Assembly (NCBI GenBank): GCA_965645245.1
Contig: OZ287083.1
Coordinates: 1,178,001 to 1,242,000, forward strand
Direction: 5' to 3'
Origin: Massalongia carnosa
Lineage: Eukaryota
DNA: 64,000 nt
A program made the translations under genes and the position numbers. The notes beneath the pieces are model-generated. The model was given only the letters and a program-made list of their open reading frames with translations. It was not told the DNA's origin and did not search any database. Shown here one piece after another: positions 12,320 through 26,339 of the stretch (the first letter of the stretch is position 1; every line of letters starts with the position of its first letter).

Positions 12320-15300
12320 TTACAACCCCTCTTCATCCTCATTCCATCCACCCTCCTCTAGCAACCATTCTCGAATCCTTTCCCTCACACTCAACAGCTC
12401 TTCACCAAGCGCCTCCTTCCACTGGCCTTCTACTACCCCAACCTTTTCTTTCAAATCATCCGTCAACCTTTTCTCCTCCCATCTTTTCTTCCCCTCGCCA
12501 TCCCACCGACCCTCAATAGTGAACGTGGTCTCTTCAACTCTACATCTCGCCATCAAAGCACCTTCCTTGGCCTCATGCAGTAAGCATAGAAGATTGATTT
12601 GACTTTCGATGAATTGGTACGTGCTCTTCTCAGCGTGCCCAAGCAAGGAGTAAAGGTATTGCATTGGATGCTCATAGTAACTGGGGTTCTCCGTATACTC
12701 GTTGAGAGGGATCTGAATCTCGAACCCTCGAAGCTGTCGAGGAATTTTCTGAAGCACCTTGAGCAGCGAGGGAGCAATGTCCCAAAATGCCGATAGTTGA
12801 ACTTCCACGCCACGCATGACGTTGACTTCGATAACCGTGACAAATTCTTCCGCGCGAGACGACACGGCTTTTTCGAAAGTTAGTTGCCGGTCGCGGGCGT
12901 CTTGAGCGAAGAAGGAGTCTGCCTCTTTGAGTTTGTCCTGGTTCCTGGACTGCTTGTACGGAAGTAAGACGATGACTTTGTATTTTTCGTTTCGTTCGCT
13001 AAGGAGGTCGTAAGTTTCGCGATGAAGAGTCTCTCGCGCTTCAAACAGCCACTTGAGCTGGGTCAACTTCTCTAGAAGCTCTGGCTGTTCATCACCTTCT
13101 TCTTGAGGCATATTGGGACTGTGTTGCTGGGCATCGGTAAAGAGACGACTGCTGAGTTCATCAAAGGACGACGTTGCTTGAGTGATACGATCGGAGAATA
13201 TCGCATGCAGCGGGGACACGACAACTTTTTGAAACAGGTCAAAATCAGCTTGGGTGGTTTCCTTCTCAGACTGATTCATCTTCAATTCAAAACCCAACAC
13301 CGCTTGGTCAAATTCCTCTTCGCAGATATCCCCTTGTTCGATCCTGAATTGCACGTCTTGACTGTGGAGCGAACGTTGATGCTTGCACCATGATTCAGCG
13401 CGCTGACGTCTGTCCTGCATTTGCGAGCAGAAACTTTCTTTGATCATTTCAACCTCACCGAAATCATGAAGCGATCGCACAACAGCCCTAACATCTGCTA
13501 GATCAGGGTGGTTGTTATTGACAGCTGGGTAATGTCGCGGATGAGGCGGTGGTAAAGTTACGAGCCGAGACACATCAAGTTTTCTAGGATCAGGGGTATA
13601 AGGCGCTGAATGAGGTGTTGGTGGATACAACGGCGGAGGTGGAAGCGACAAGGTGTTTTCTTCCCAGCCGCCCTTCTCCGGAGGATACTCGTTTGGAGCG
13701 TAGACAGTCTGTCGACTTGAGCGTCCATTTTGCTGCCGCAGGCCATTGGAAGAGCTCGAGGTCCCATTTTCATGCAAGGCCGGTGAGTTACGGGCTTCTC
13801 GAGGCAATCCCATGTATTTCGATTCTCGCTTCGACCTTTCGAGTACTTTGAAGGCGTCACCGCTTCTAGAGCCACCTGAATTATCCTCCCACCAGCGACT
13901 CGGCGCTCGTCCTCGAGAATCCATCTCATCGTGCCCGGTGACGATACTCATACTAGCAATCGGTGAGAGACAAGGAACATAGTCATTCCACCACGACGAC
14001 TCAGGCCTCTTCTGAGGACTACTATCAGTACTTCTTGTGATGGGTGACTCGTGCACCTGATCGATTACAGAGGATCCACGTCGAGAATGCGTATCTTGTA
14101 TTGATGAGCTAGAAATGTTTCTATCCCGCGGTGAGAAAGCACTTGCTTGAGAGTCTTGTTGACTGTTTTGAACATTCCCAGGCCTTGGTGTTGAAAGGAA
14201 GAGACCCTGCGTTAAGTCTCCAACGTCGATATCGTCTTCCTCAAATACCGCTGCGTATTGATCTCTCCGAATTCTGGATTCAGCGAGCATGAACTGTGTG
14301 AAGAGATACAACCTTTCCGAGTCATTGGCAGCGGCTGCCTCCCGCTCCGCAAAGTTACGGTGTCGTTCGATAGCGCGCTTGGCGAAAGCGATTGGACTCT
14401 CAGGACCGAGTAAGTCTAGAGATGTATGATGAATCTCCGTTACCGGCAATATTGGTGCCTGAACTGACTCGTTCATGTTTGGCATGTGTAACAGATGAGA
14501 TAACGGCCGGCTCGTAGAACCTGACAGCGGATTGAGAGATGACGATGAGTGCGACTCACTCGAACGCTGCGGAGGTGGCGTTGGGGGTGAATTTTGTGAT
14601 AGCGGCTGAGTTCTCGCCAAAGGTTTTGCGAAGATCTCTTGACATGGTGAGAATGGGGGGGTAGGGGTGATTGACTTTGGAAATTGAACCCCGCGAGCAG
14701 ATTCCTGCCTGGGAGTTGAACGTGCCGAGTCATAAGAACTGGCTCCGATAGAGGTTAACCTTGAGTCCATATTATGTAACGTATCGTCGAGATTTGTCAA
14801 GATTTTGCTGCTCCTTGGCGTAGATTTGTTGACGGTCCTTCTCCTAGAAAGACCATTTCCGCTGGTTGGTAATACCAAATCCGTGGGCCTCACATTCCCC
14901 AGATCATCTGTCCAGTTCGCCATATTGGGCGAAGAAACTTCGATGAGCCCCTCTGGCGGTTGCCCTTTACCACCTCTGCTCTCGCTGCGCCGCTCCCTAA
15001 TCCCTTTTGCACTCCGATTTCTGACAGCAGGGCTGCGGAACAAGGCTGAGTTAGAGGAGTCACGTCGCGAGTGAGAGGCATGCTGAGAAGCAGATGCGGC
15101 AGAATAAGGGTTTTCCGCGGCTGGGAGACCCTTCCGTATAATGCTCCCAGTATCAATATGCAAAGGACCAGGGCCATTTGATCTGTTTGACCAAGTCGTG
15201 TGATTGGTCGTAGTGTCCTCCTCTCTCCAGTCAGCCGGAGTTGGTGGTACAGGCTCAAGACTCGTCCCGAGACCTGGGGGCCGTCGAGTCCGAAACGTAG

Positions 15301-16455
15301 TAGGAGCAAGATCAGTTAACGGTGATTCAGAGGCCCTGTTCATACTTTGCGATCGGCTAGCCGTTGGAGGAGGTCCCGGAGGGGGCGGTGGTAATGGCAT
15401 GCCTGGTTCCCATCTATGCTGGCTGGGGGAACGATTATTTGCCCGCGGTGTTGGTCCGTTGAGCCCAATACCACCAGTTGAGGCAGCTCTTCGAGATGCT
15501 GGTGGCTTCGGGGATGTCTCGACTACGAGGTTTTCGGGAGTACGTGCAATCGCTTGAGCTGTTGTCTCATGCAGAGCATCAATGGCGTTAACAGAGGATG
15601 TTGTAGTAGCGGCCTTTGCTCTTGATGTCAATGTGGAAATTATCCTATCGGCATGGTTTTTAGACGATGAACGGACACGACTACTAAGACCCGATGCAGG
15701 TAGTGGGGGAGGAGGAAAGCTTGTTGCCACAGTACCGTTCGGAGACTCGTTCATATATGGATGTGAGGGAGGTACTGGCGATCGGCCAATATGAGGTCTA
15801 GATAAAAAATCTGGAGATACTGTTGTTGCAGCACTAACAGGTGTGCCGTAGCGGGAATGGTCTGTATCAGGCGATAAGGTGTCGGGCGGGGAAAGTGGTC
15901 CACCATGATGTCGAGGGAAATCTCCTTGCTCATGGTCCCGCCGAGGCGAGTAAGGAGGCGGTGGGGATGCGACGGGCTCTATGATAGCATCGGTGAGCGT
16001 CATTTACGAGAGCTCAAAAAATTCGCCTTACCATCGGGTCCCACAGGCCTGGCAGCTAAAACTGCCACTCTTGTTATTGCCTGACTTAGAGGCCGGGTGC
16101 CCGCTGTTCTGGATGCGGCGTTAGAAGATGCGTTCGATCCATTATTGACAGGTCCCCATTGCTGCGGGTTATAGGCGGCATTAAAAGATGAAGGTGCCCG
16201 GTGGACCATAGGCGATGTTCCTCTCATCGCTCCGGCTGGTGATGCAGGATATGGTGATGATGGGTATGCAGAGAAAGGACTGCTTAAGGATATTGAGGAA
16301 ATCGGCGTGTGATTATTAAGGCCTACACCCCCATTGTGGGCATTCCCTAACGTCGTCGTCAAGAGGTTTGGAGGTTGTATGACATGTTGTCGACGACGAG
16401 GAGGAAGAGGTCCTTCCACCTCAGGTGAGCGAACGTAGGGGTACTGGATGTTCAT
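12320..16455 (-). CDS. Large proline/serine-rich conserved fungal protein with C-terminal helical domain, function unknown
   Basis: 154-aa and 1227-aa ORFs joined in frame by intron 16031-15979 (GPD-EPVASPPPPYSP). PPxY motif; globular helical C-terminus. Confidence 0.75.
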
Positions 16456-17640
16456 TCTTAGCAACTCCTAGCGGCCAACGAGAGCCCTGAGTCGAGCGTT
16501 GACGCTTTAAGCTTTAACTTGGAGGTGATGAGCATGATGAGACAGCTCTTGCCTATATGATAGACTACCAGCCTACAGACTGGTGGGTCGATACACAATT
16601 ACATACATGGATGGGCAGTTCTGGCAGAAAGCTGCAACGCTAACACTTTGAGCGATCAAGGGCAAAACGCTGAATGTGCCATCAGCGACACACCATTGGT
16701 CGAGAGGTGTGGAAGGACTTTGGCGAGCAGGAGCTGCAGCAAGGCGATCCGGAGTGCCAGACTAGCACAAATGAGTCGCTAGAGGGTCCACGATAGGCAC
16801 GAAAGGAGGTACACGTGACATTGCAGACGTGAAAGCAGCGAATGATGATGGAGATCACATCTATCCGGGACACAGGCGCTTAGCCACTCACTTATGCAAC
16901 AGAGGATTACTATTGCTTAGAAGGATGCTCGAAAGGTAAATCCTAGCTAGAATGTTATTGGTGGATGCTTTCTCATTGTGCAAAGATGCATTCTTGGTAT
17001 TTTGCTTAATGCATTTCTGGCAACTCCCGCCTACTCTAGGTTCAGGCGGAGATAAGGGGCACCTCCCTAAGGGAAGGGGAAGTCCCAATTAAGTTCTGTA
17101 GGCATCTCCATCGTTCGTCCCCAAGATCATGTCGACGGAGTTTGTGGGACTCTATACTCTCGGACGTAGCTTAATGAAATCTATTCTTGGCTAATACATA
17201 GCTACCGAAAAACACTACCACAGCTGCAAAACAACCATGGGCGCACTGCCCGCCGCTACATAAAAACTTGAGCAACAGCTCTTCCTGACCTGAACCACAT
17301 TGCTGAAAACTGTAGCAATAATGCCCGGGGGGGTTGCAAAGCCAGGTTCCTATGATACAAGCCCTAATGTGAAGAAGAAATAAATAGGCAAGCGGCTGCC
17401 AGCTAACAACCTCTGCAGCGAAGCCGATCGAGCAGCATCGTCATGATGAGCAGACCCGATCACTAGCAGGCAGGGTGCAAGCACGACTTAAGGACTAAAA
17501 TACTCTCCGGGACCGTAAGCGTGTATAGGATACACTATCCCAAAGGTTATGCGAATGAAGCCAGAGAGCTTGTCGAAATTGGAGCATCAAGCCGAGCGAG
17601 AGGAATTTTCCATGTTGATGTCACTTGCGTGCTGCGCAAT

Positions 17641-20232
17641 CTATGCCTTGGCCTTTTCGGATTCAGCTTCGTTGGCGGGTGTTTCGGGTGCGGATGGCCC
17701 GTGAGGGCCATTGGTATCACTATTGTTTTGCGTCTTAACGTATTCGTTGAAGACAGCGAGCGCCTCATCGACCTTTTCACGTAGTTTCTCATTATCATCG
17801 ATCCTGTTCAGTCAGTCCCCAGAAAGCGAAAAGGGCAGTCTCATAAACTTACAGTCCAATTAACTCAGAGTTATCCATTTCTAGAAGCATACCGGTAACT
17901 TTTCCAGCTAAATCTGGCTGAAGGACCTGTATCTTGGGGTAGAGAGCTTCACCAAGTAACTGTTTTTGCTGACCGGCAGGTGCTGAGGCTACAGCTTCCA
18001 TGTTCGAAGGTACGTTGCTGACTCCGCCGGGTTGCAACACGCTCTGTTGTCCGATGGGAGGGATTCCTGGAGTACGCCCTTGTTGAGGAAACCCACCCAT
18101 TTGTCCTGGCTGCATGCCAATGTTCATTCCCATCCCGCCTCGGGCAGGTTGTGTAGGATACTGAGGCCGTCCATCTCTACCACGCATCCCCTGGAGTGCC
18201 ATCATTTGCTGCGGGATCGCTTGGAGGCCTTGCATACCCTGGATTTGCCCCCGACCTCCCTGATTGCCACGCCCTAGCTGGGCTTGGACTTGAGCCACGG
18301 CTTGGGGATAACCTATGCCACCTGGAAATCCTCCAGGAACACCTTGAGGAATTGCTCCAAAGGGCATCTGACCTGGGATTCCAAAGGCACCAGGCGGAAC
18401 CTGCTGAGCACCGTTGATGCCACCACGACTACCTTGCTGAGCTGGTACTGCCGCGAACTGACCAGGTCTAGCACCTTGTATACTAGGTAACATCATGCCC
18501 TGCTGAGGTGCAAAAGGTAGCCCACCACGACCTGCAGCATTGGGCGCGATGAGACCGGGCTGCTGACCTGGCCCATAAAACATAGTAGGTTGCATGAAAG
18601 GCTATGGTTCTATAAGCGGGGAGGGAAGGAATTTCAGATGGTAGTAACATACCTGTGACGGCATTCCTGCCACGGCGGCAGCCTGCTGCATACGGAGCTG
18701 ATTACGAGCTTGAATACTCTGTTCCAACTAGACAGATCTCTTAGCAAGTCATTATAAAGCAACAGAACTAGACATTATACCTGATTTTTGCGAACATCCT
18801 TACGCTGAGCCAGTGCAACGTACAGCGGCTTGCCGTTAACCATTTTTTGATTAAACTCAGCAACAGCTTTGGTAGCCTCGTCCGGGTTGGTAAAGCAGAC
18901 GAATCCGAACCCTTTGCTCTTGCCGAGGGGCTTTTTCGTGGTCTTGATATTCTCTTTCTTAGTCGTCTCGTCCTTCTTATCATCTTCCTCGCTCCCTTCT
19001 TTTTCGCTAGCCTTCTTGATCTCTCTCTCTATCTCGCCCTCCGGAGACTCACTTCGATCGGCGCCTGAATCACGCATGATCTTTGCAGATGTGATGGTAC
19101 CGAAAGCAGCGAAGATATCTCGCAATTGGTCGTCATCGATCTCGTCATCAATGTTCTTGACGTATAAGTTCACACCTTGATATTTGGATGCCTTCTCCAC
19201 ACGGGCCGCCTCGTGCTGCTTACGAAGTTCCTCCTCGCGTTCATGCTTCTTCTGAGCGCGACCAACATAAAGAGCCTGACCTTTAAAATCCTTATCATTC
19301 AATTCGTCAACAGCCTTGGAAGCGTCCTCATGCTTGATATAGTTAACAAATCCAAAGCCACGGCTCTTGCCGGACTCGGAATCCCTAGCAATCGAGGCAG
19401 ACGTGACCTCTCCATATTTTTCGAACAGGGTTCGGAACTCATCGTCGGTCACTTCAGGTCCAATGTTCTTGACATATATGTTGGTAAAATTCGCCTTCAT
19501 CTCATCGAACTTGCTATCGCGGTCTTTCCTTGGGATGTGATGGCCAACGTATACCTTTTTTTCATTCAGCAGCATACCGTTTACGTGCTTAATAGCTGTC
19601 GACGCCGCTTCGCCAGTCTCGTAATGAACAAACCCGTAGCCTTTAGAATTCCCATGTTCATCTTGAGCCACTTTACAGCTAAGGATGTTGCCAAAGGCGG
19701 CAAACGTGTCGTGCAGAGCCTTGTTATCGATAGCAGTGTCTAGGTTCTTGATGAAAACATTTCCTTGGCCTGTTTTACGTAAGGCGGGGTCACGCTGTGA
19801 CCACATAATACGACATGGACGGCCTTTAATAATTGTATAATTTAACTCCTCCAATGCACGTTCTCCATCCGCTGCGTTGTTGTAGTTGACGTATGCATAC
19901 CCCAGAGAGCGACGAGTGACGGCATCGCGGCAAACCCGAATCGAAGCCACCTGGCCGATCGAAGAGAAGAGTTCAAATAACATAGCTTCTGTTACAGCAG
20001 GATCAAGCTCGCCCACATATAAAGAAGCTGTGTGAGGTTGATTAGTGCCTCCTGGCGCCGCAGAGTTTGGGGTCTGTAAGTTGTCGATACCGGCTGGAGA
20101 TTGCACCGAAGAAACACCAGTATCAATTGAAGGTGTATTACCTACTGCTCCGTTTGGAACGGATGATTTGTCGTCGATCGAAAGTCTCTCCAAGGACGGG
20201 AGAGCCACCCCAGCGGGAGCATCAGCGGACAT
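17641..20232 (-). CDS. PAB1: Polyadenylate-binding protein (4 RRMs plus MLLE/PABC domain), 4 coding exons
   Basis: [56 protein letters not shown]...[13 protein letters not shown]. Last exon ends AESEKAKA* at 17641. Confidence 0.97.
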
Positions 20233-20242
20233 AGTGACGCAG

Positions 20243-20560
20243 CTAGGCAGAGACAGTTAAGTCAGCTCTCTATCAGATCTTATATTGCAGCCTTGAAGTT
20301 GAAAGCAAGGTCAAAAAGGTCCTGAACAGAGGAGCCGCTGGAGACGTACATGGTTAACGTAGGTAAATTTTGTGGGGTGACAAATGATGATTCTGACTCC
20401 AACTCAAGCGTCAGCTGAAATCAAATGAAGAGTATCAAATATGGTAGCCTTGGTAAGAAATGGACCCAATGCAGCTTTACACCTGGGGACATGACAGAGG
20501 ACTCCCCCAGCTTACCTTGATTTATTCTATTGTGTTTTTGGTTTTAAAATTTTTTTTTCG
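20243..20560 (-). promoter_or_regulatory. Predicted PAB1 5'-UTR intron (20515-20243) and upstream A-rich leader tract (~20521-20560)
   Basis: Donor AAG|GTAAG at 20515, branch-like GCTGAC/TTAAC and acceptor CTAG 10 nt before the ATG. A-rich leader on the sense strand. Confidence 0.55.
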
Positions 20561-21047
20561 GATGTTACGAGTATTTCCTAGAAGGGGAGGGGGGCAAGGA
20601 TGAGGGAACCGACGCAGTTGTGGCTCTAAAGAACAGTGAGTGATAGGTTTCGTTGTTGATGTATGTGAGATATCAGCTTTGGGGAAAAAAATGATTTAAG
20701 AAAGTCACAAAGGAAATTTCGGTAAGACGCTAGGTCCAATACGGTAGCCATTCACATTTCATCATCCTCGTATAGATATCACCAATTTCTTTCACTTGAA
20801 CCGATATTACTTTTATATTATTGCTTATTCTTGCGAATTTAATTTTCATAGCTATTTACCGTTAAAAACACATACCGTATTTCTTTAACTCTGCTCTTAC
20901 AACTGATCAGGTTTATCAAGCCCTAGCTTGAATCGTCATAACCCCCAAACCCTCTCAGCAAAATCCAAATGTCAGGCAGCAGCTATGGGAAGTACGAATG
21001 CGATACTAATAGCTGCAAAGCCTTCAATCATATTCAGAAGTGATTCT

Positions 21048-24000
21048 TTAGCTCAGGTTGAAACCAGCCCCAGCGTTGATGCTGTACAGTAACCTTTCCT
21101 TTAGCGTCTCCGCATTTTGATACACAGGCAGTTTCAGCAGATTGACGCACGTACTTGTGCTTGGGAGTCGAGTTTGATCATTTCCAGAGTCTCGAATGCT
21201 GAACCTTGGATTCAGTTGGTTGAAGCCTAACAAGGGTGCCCTCGGTGTGGAGGTGACAAACTTGAGCACTTTCCGACGGTCAAGGTCAGTGAAAGCTTGC
21301 ATGACTTGCCAAAATATTTTGACGGACGGATGCTCTTCGTTATCATCCCCTACGGCATAGATACCGCCATAGAGGGTGTTCCGTCGTAAATCAGAGATAT
21401 CAATCTCGGACGAGTCCCCCCCGAGAAGGGTTTGCAACTCCGTTTGGTTGAACATGGAAAGCCATGAAGGAGAGATGATAGTGCTTAGACCGCGAAGAAA
21501 TGCCGAAGTCTGGAGGCGAGGTTGGAAATGGAGGCGATGGCGGGCCACGGAAGAGATGTAAACGAGACGATTCGCATTGGTGACGGAGATGTCAGAGCCA
21601 GAAGGGCGAAGCTCGCGCGTGATTGTTTTTTGGCTCGATTGAGACTTATTTTTGTCCCCACGAGATATAGTATCCGTAACTGCGAAATTCAAGGAGAAAT
21701 CCTCGACATTGCCGGGATAGTTTTTTAATTGAAGCTGCGATACCATGGTCAGCGAAAGAAATCAGGTCGGGTAGATGCATCACCGTACAAGACCTTGATA
21801 AAGTCCTTCGTCCAGATCTCGGAGGTCGTTAATGTTGGCACGATAATTTGACTCTTTTGCTGCAAACCCAGAGCCTCCCGTCAATGCCCATTTTAGAAGA
21901 AAGAATCCAGCAAAATGTATGTCCACCAGTATACCCTCGTATAGACATTTGCCGACGATTCTTCCAAGGAATTCGTATCTCCGCAGTAAATCTCTGATCT
22001 GCTCAGTCCATTCGACGGAGGCTTCTTTCAAGCCTGCTTGTAAGAGAAAATCCTTCCGCTCTTCTATTGCAGACGGGTTTGGATAAAGCAGATGCTGATC
22101 ATTTTCTATGAACAAGTTCAAGTCATTGTTGGGGTTGAACGCCTCACTCGTAACACTCGTTAGGAACTCTTTCGTTACACCACCTCCATCGATACCCTCC
22201 TCAACTGTGTCGAACTTGTCGACAAATCGTATCTGGATCGGTTCTTTTAGGCTTTCACCAAGTTCATAAAATTGCTCATACGCATCGTCGAAAATGCTTT
22301 CTCGGCGAACCTTTGCACTATGCTTGCCTATATTACCTGTTGAAGAGTTTATTACCGTAAATCTCCATGTGTCAGCATCTGAAGTTCCCCTTCTCCTAAA
22401 CTGATCCAATGCCACAAACTCGCGGAAAATCTGTACGCGGGTTGTAAATGGAATGAAAAACGGCATGTTCTGCAGTATTTCGAGCCGAGGAGTGACTGAT
22501 TCAAGATATTTTCTCCTTGAGGTCTTACGTTGAAGTCTCCGAAGCCGCTCAATGTTTCGGACCTGTTGTACGCGTTGGGTTCCAATCAGATTTTCGGCGT
22601 GGACCTCGAACAACTCTTCCTCGTCTGAAGGATTCTCCGCTTCGTCAGCTTCAACGTCATAAGACTCCTCGATTTTATGCTTATGTTCTTCCTCTTCTAC
22701 AACAGCTGAAATAAAGTGATCCATAGCAAACCACTTAGTCATTAGCCAGTGGTCTTGTGGGAGGAACTTCCGTCGGGAGCTAGAAAACATTCAGCTCAAC
22801 CGCCTTAACAGGAGTATGGCTGTCAATTCAAACATACTCTCGTTCATAAACCATACGCAAAAGACCCGTGATCATTCCTTTCATGTATCGAATGGTTATA
22901 CCAGAAACGCCTGCAACAGAGGTGACATCTGGTTTTGACGATGGGCCATCCTGGTGAACTTCGGATGCAGCACTAATATTATTGCTACCAAACCACTCGG
23001 CAATAGTTGTTTTGGTTTCTGATGATTCGATGCCACTAATAGCAGATGCATTCCAATACATAGCAAACGCAAGATTTTTAAGGAATAGGGTCAAATCCTG
23101 GACTTGATCCAGAGGTAGAGCACTCTGCCGAGTCCAAGATTGAGTGTTATTGGACGGCGATGACCCGGAGAGAAACTCTTCGTCGTCCATCACTTTTAAG
23201 ATAAATGTGTATAATTCTAGAAATAGGAGAATTACACGCCATTGCTGAGCTGTAGACTCTGGAAGGCCTTGCGATATAGTTTTCTTAGACTGCTTCTTGG
23301 CAGCATCAGACCGTAGCAAGTCAATAGTTTCATGAGGATCTCCTCGAATGAGACGATACACCTCGGTTCTCCGGGCTGCCTGATAGAAATATTTGATAGC
23401 TGGAATTTCTTCTTCAGGCCTATCAGCATCTCTGGAATGCCTAGAAGTAGACCCTAGGTATAGCCACATACGAATCTCGTCTGCTCTACGTGGAAAGCAA
23501 GTAAGCAGAGTCAAGGCGTAGCTAGCAAGCGTAGATGCTTGGCTTGAGGCACTAGATGTGCCGTCCATTGATGAGGGGTTAACCTCTAAGTGAGCAAGAA
23601 GGCTACTAACACTTTCTTGATCAACCAAAGTCAAGATCTGCTCACGCACAAAACTAGGTAATGGTACCGCGGGGCTCTGGGATGCAACGGAGGTTATGGC
23701 AGCTTTCGAGCGCGAGTCGGCCGGCACGTCGATACGTCTCGCAATGTCCTCCGCCAGATGTGAAATGAGGTCTGAGATTACCTTAACATACCGGGCGTCC
23801 AAGTCTTTTGGCGATGCATTTCGATGGCCATGTACCACACGACGACAGTAAATGATATATGCTAGAAGCCAAAGAAGCTCATCATGAGTTTTGAGACGCA
23901 GCAAATCGTACTCTAGCGAAGATTTGAAGACCTCTGTAATTGCACCTGCCATAAGCTTATAGTTGATGCCAGCCGCTATACGATGAAGCCCACCGTCCAG

Positions 24001-24846
24001 GGCCCAGAGATTGGGGGTGACAAGGAATTCACTTATGAAGCCCTTGTATGCGGTGATTGTTCTGCCTGTAATAGGTTGCAGAAGACCAAGTACTGCATTT
24101 TCTAGTAGCTTTGAGTCAAAGAATTGATGTAAAGCCTGGGCTCCTGTACATGCAGAAACCTCAGCGAGAGCTTTATAATATGAAGGAGAGTACGAAGAGA
24201 TCTCTTTGGGTATCACTGAAGTCAGGGTGGCGAGAAGGGATAAAAACTCATTGATGACGCTGGAAGGTAACGAAACAGCCCTAGCCTTCTCCAGTGTCGC
24301 GATCGTAATCTTTACAAGGCGCAAAAGCGGGAAAATCCATTGGTTTTCTGGAGAAGGGTCGAAGGACCGTATCGAGCTGAGATACCTGGCTACAAACAAA
24401 TGCAGCCGCAATATATCGCCCTGCAACTTGGGATTTGCGAACTGTATAAGAAGACGAAGCTGACTCAGACAAGCTCGCTCTGAACCATATGGCTGTAGAC
24501 CTGAACTTGGCCATGTGTTGAGAGATACCACACTCATAGAAGCTACACTCTCTCTGTTATCCACTGCCTCACACTCGTCCCATTCTCGTCGCCAGCGGTC
24601 TCGTGTTTCCTCACGGCTCCGGTGTCCTCGCCAGGTCCGCTGAATTCTCGTAGCTGCAGGGGGCCGTTCTCGCTCCTGCTGACGCAGTTGTCGCTCTTGC
24701 TGGGCGTGAACCACAGCATTTTGGCTAGGATGAGGAGGATGAGGTTGCCGAGAACCAGATACAACTGCAAAAGGGTTGGTATTTCTGCCTGAAAGGTTTA
24801 CTTGTCGGCGCGGGCGAGCGTTGCCTGTAAAGGACTGAAGAAACAT
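21048..24846 (-). CDS. HUL5: IQ-motif and HECT-domain E3 ubiquitin ligase (UBE3B/C, Hul5-like)
   Basis: IQRTWRG, EEGIDGGGVTKEFL, LKFVTS, RLPSTSTCVNLLKLP, terminal GAGFNLS. Introns near 22827-22780 and 21785-21737. Start codon uncertain. Confidence 0.9.
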
Positions 24847-25682
24847 TTTATAAACCAAAGAGAGTTAGCCGGTGCCTGAAAGACTTGAAGGAAGAATGTG
24901 AGTCTCCTGTAAGATCATGCTGACGAACAAGCAGCATGTTTTTGATTCGAGGCAAATAATATCAATATCGGGAAGATCTTTCGATTTAGTTCGATTTGAT
25001 ACTGACCTAACCTGCTCCTGTAATCAGCTTACCGCCAATGCCGCCTTAGTTAGAACGTTATCGATAATTCGTGCGCAAAGCAAAACGGACCAAGTGCTTG
25101 TACAGGGTACCGTTTGGCGATATTACCATTTACAAAGTACTCTAGTTAGTACAGATTATTTCAACGGTCACAATGAAGAATCACTGTAAGTACGGAAGTG
25201 AGTCATGTATCCAGCTATCTTAGGTACATGTGCTAGGAGGGATCTAGCAAGGCAGCCAGGGTAGCAAAGGTGTACTCTGCATGGACTTTTCTCACTTCTT
25301 ACAGAGTACTCTGTACTCTGTTCGATGCTTTGAATCTATATTAGAGAACCTCGCCTATATACCAACCTAACAATGTTCATATAGCTCTCAGAACCTCGGA
25401 CTCTTTCTATCCCATGGAGACAGTAAAACTCCTTTCGTGGACCCGGAATGAGCGAGGAAAAAATGTACAGCTGTGCCTGCAGGATTTTGCTTTGATCCTT
25501 ATCCTCGAATACCTCATGGTTGAAGCCTCGATCGATATTTAAATGGCCGAAGATGAGTCTCCCATAACACGAGGAAGGAGATAACATTGGGAAGGGTGTT
25601 TCGATAGGTTGAATGCGACCCTACGACTATACCTGTTTTCTAGCATTCATTCACCATCTACTCAATGGTAAGACTAGCCCGC

Positions 25683-26057
25683 TCAATCGCTCCCGTTTTC
25701 ATCCTCCCATCGCGTGAGATATTTCTCACCACTTAATGCCCCTTTAGGATCTTTCCCAAACTTGCCCTTCAAAGGCTCCATATTTCTAGTAACAAAAGGG
25801 GAGAGCTGAGTCTCCGGAGTTAGTAGACCGTTTATCTTAAGGGAGAGATCCTTGTTTTTACGTACCTTGAAGTCCTTCAGACCCGCTGGAACCACGTAGG
25901 TGCGCACCTTGCGCCACTCAATCACATAACCACCGTGTTTGGTATGTCGTCCCATTGAGCCCGTGCCTGTACCCTTGTAATACCCGCCGTTGACTTGTTT
26001 AGTTGTAAGGGCCAGCCGACGAAGTCCTCGAAACAGCGGTTTCGTAGCTTTGAACAT
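25683..26057 (-). CDS. MRPL27: Mitochondrial ribosomal protein L27 (mL41), with one 60-nt intron
   Basis: LTTKQVNGGYYKGTGTGSMGRHTKHGGYVIEWRKVRTYVVP...LSPFV. Confidence 0.9.
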   Translation of the reverse strand: MFKATKPLFRGLRRLALTTKQVNGGYYKGTGTGSMGRHTKHGGYVIEWRKVRTYVVPAGLKDFKVRKNKDLSLKINGLLTPETQLSPFVTRNMEPLKGKFGKDPKGALSGEKYLTRWEDENGSD

Positions 26058-26339
26058 TATGAGGAAATTGTGGAGAGGGTCGCTTTGGGTAATGGTAACG
26101 TCAAGGCACGCACGCGCAGAAAACCCGAGAAGCTTACTCTAATGGCTCGCCGGCCCGGCGGGTACATAAGGCCATTTAGCGTAACTTACGGAGTAAACGT
26201 TAAGCAACTTTGATCAAAATTGCACAAGCGAGATTTCCATTATATCAACCTAGATATCACAGGTATCTACCTACTTAAATCCTGAAGAATATCCAGGTTA
26301 CTCATCAGAAACCATCCTCGGCGTTCATATTTTACAAAT

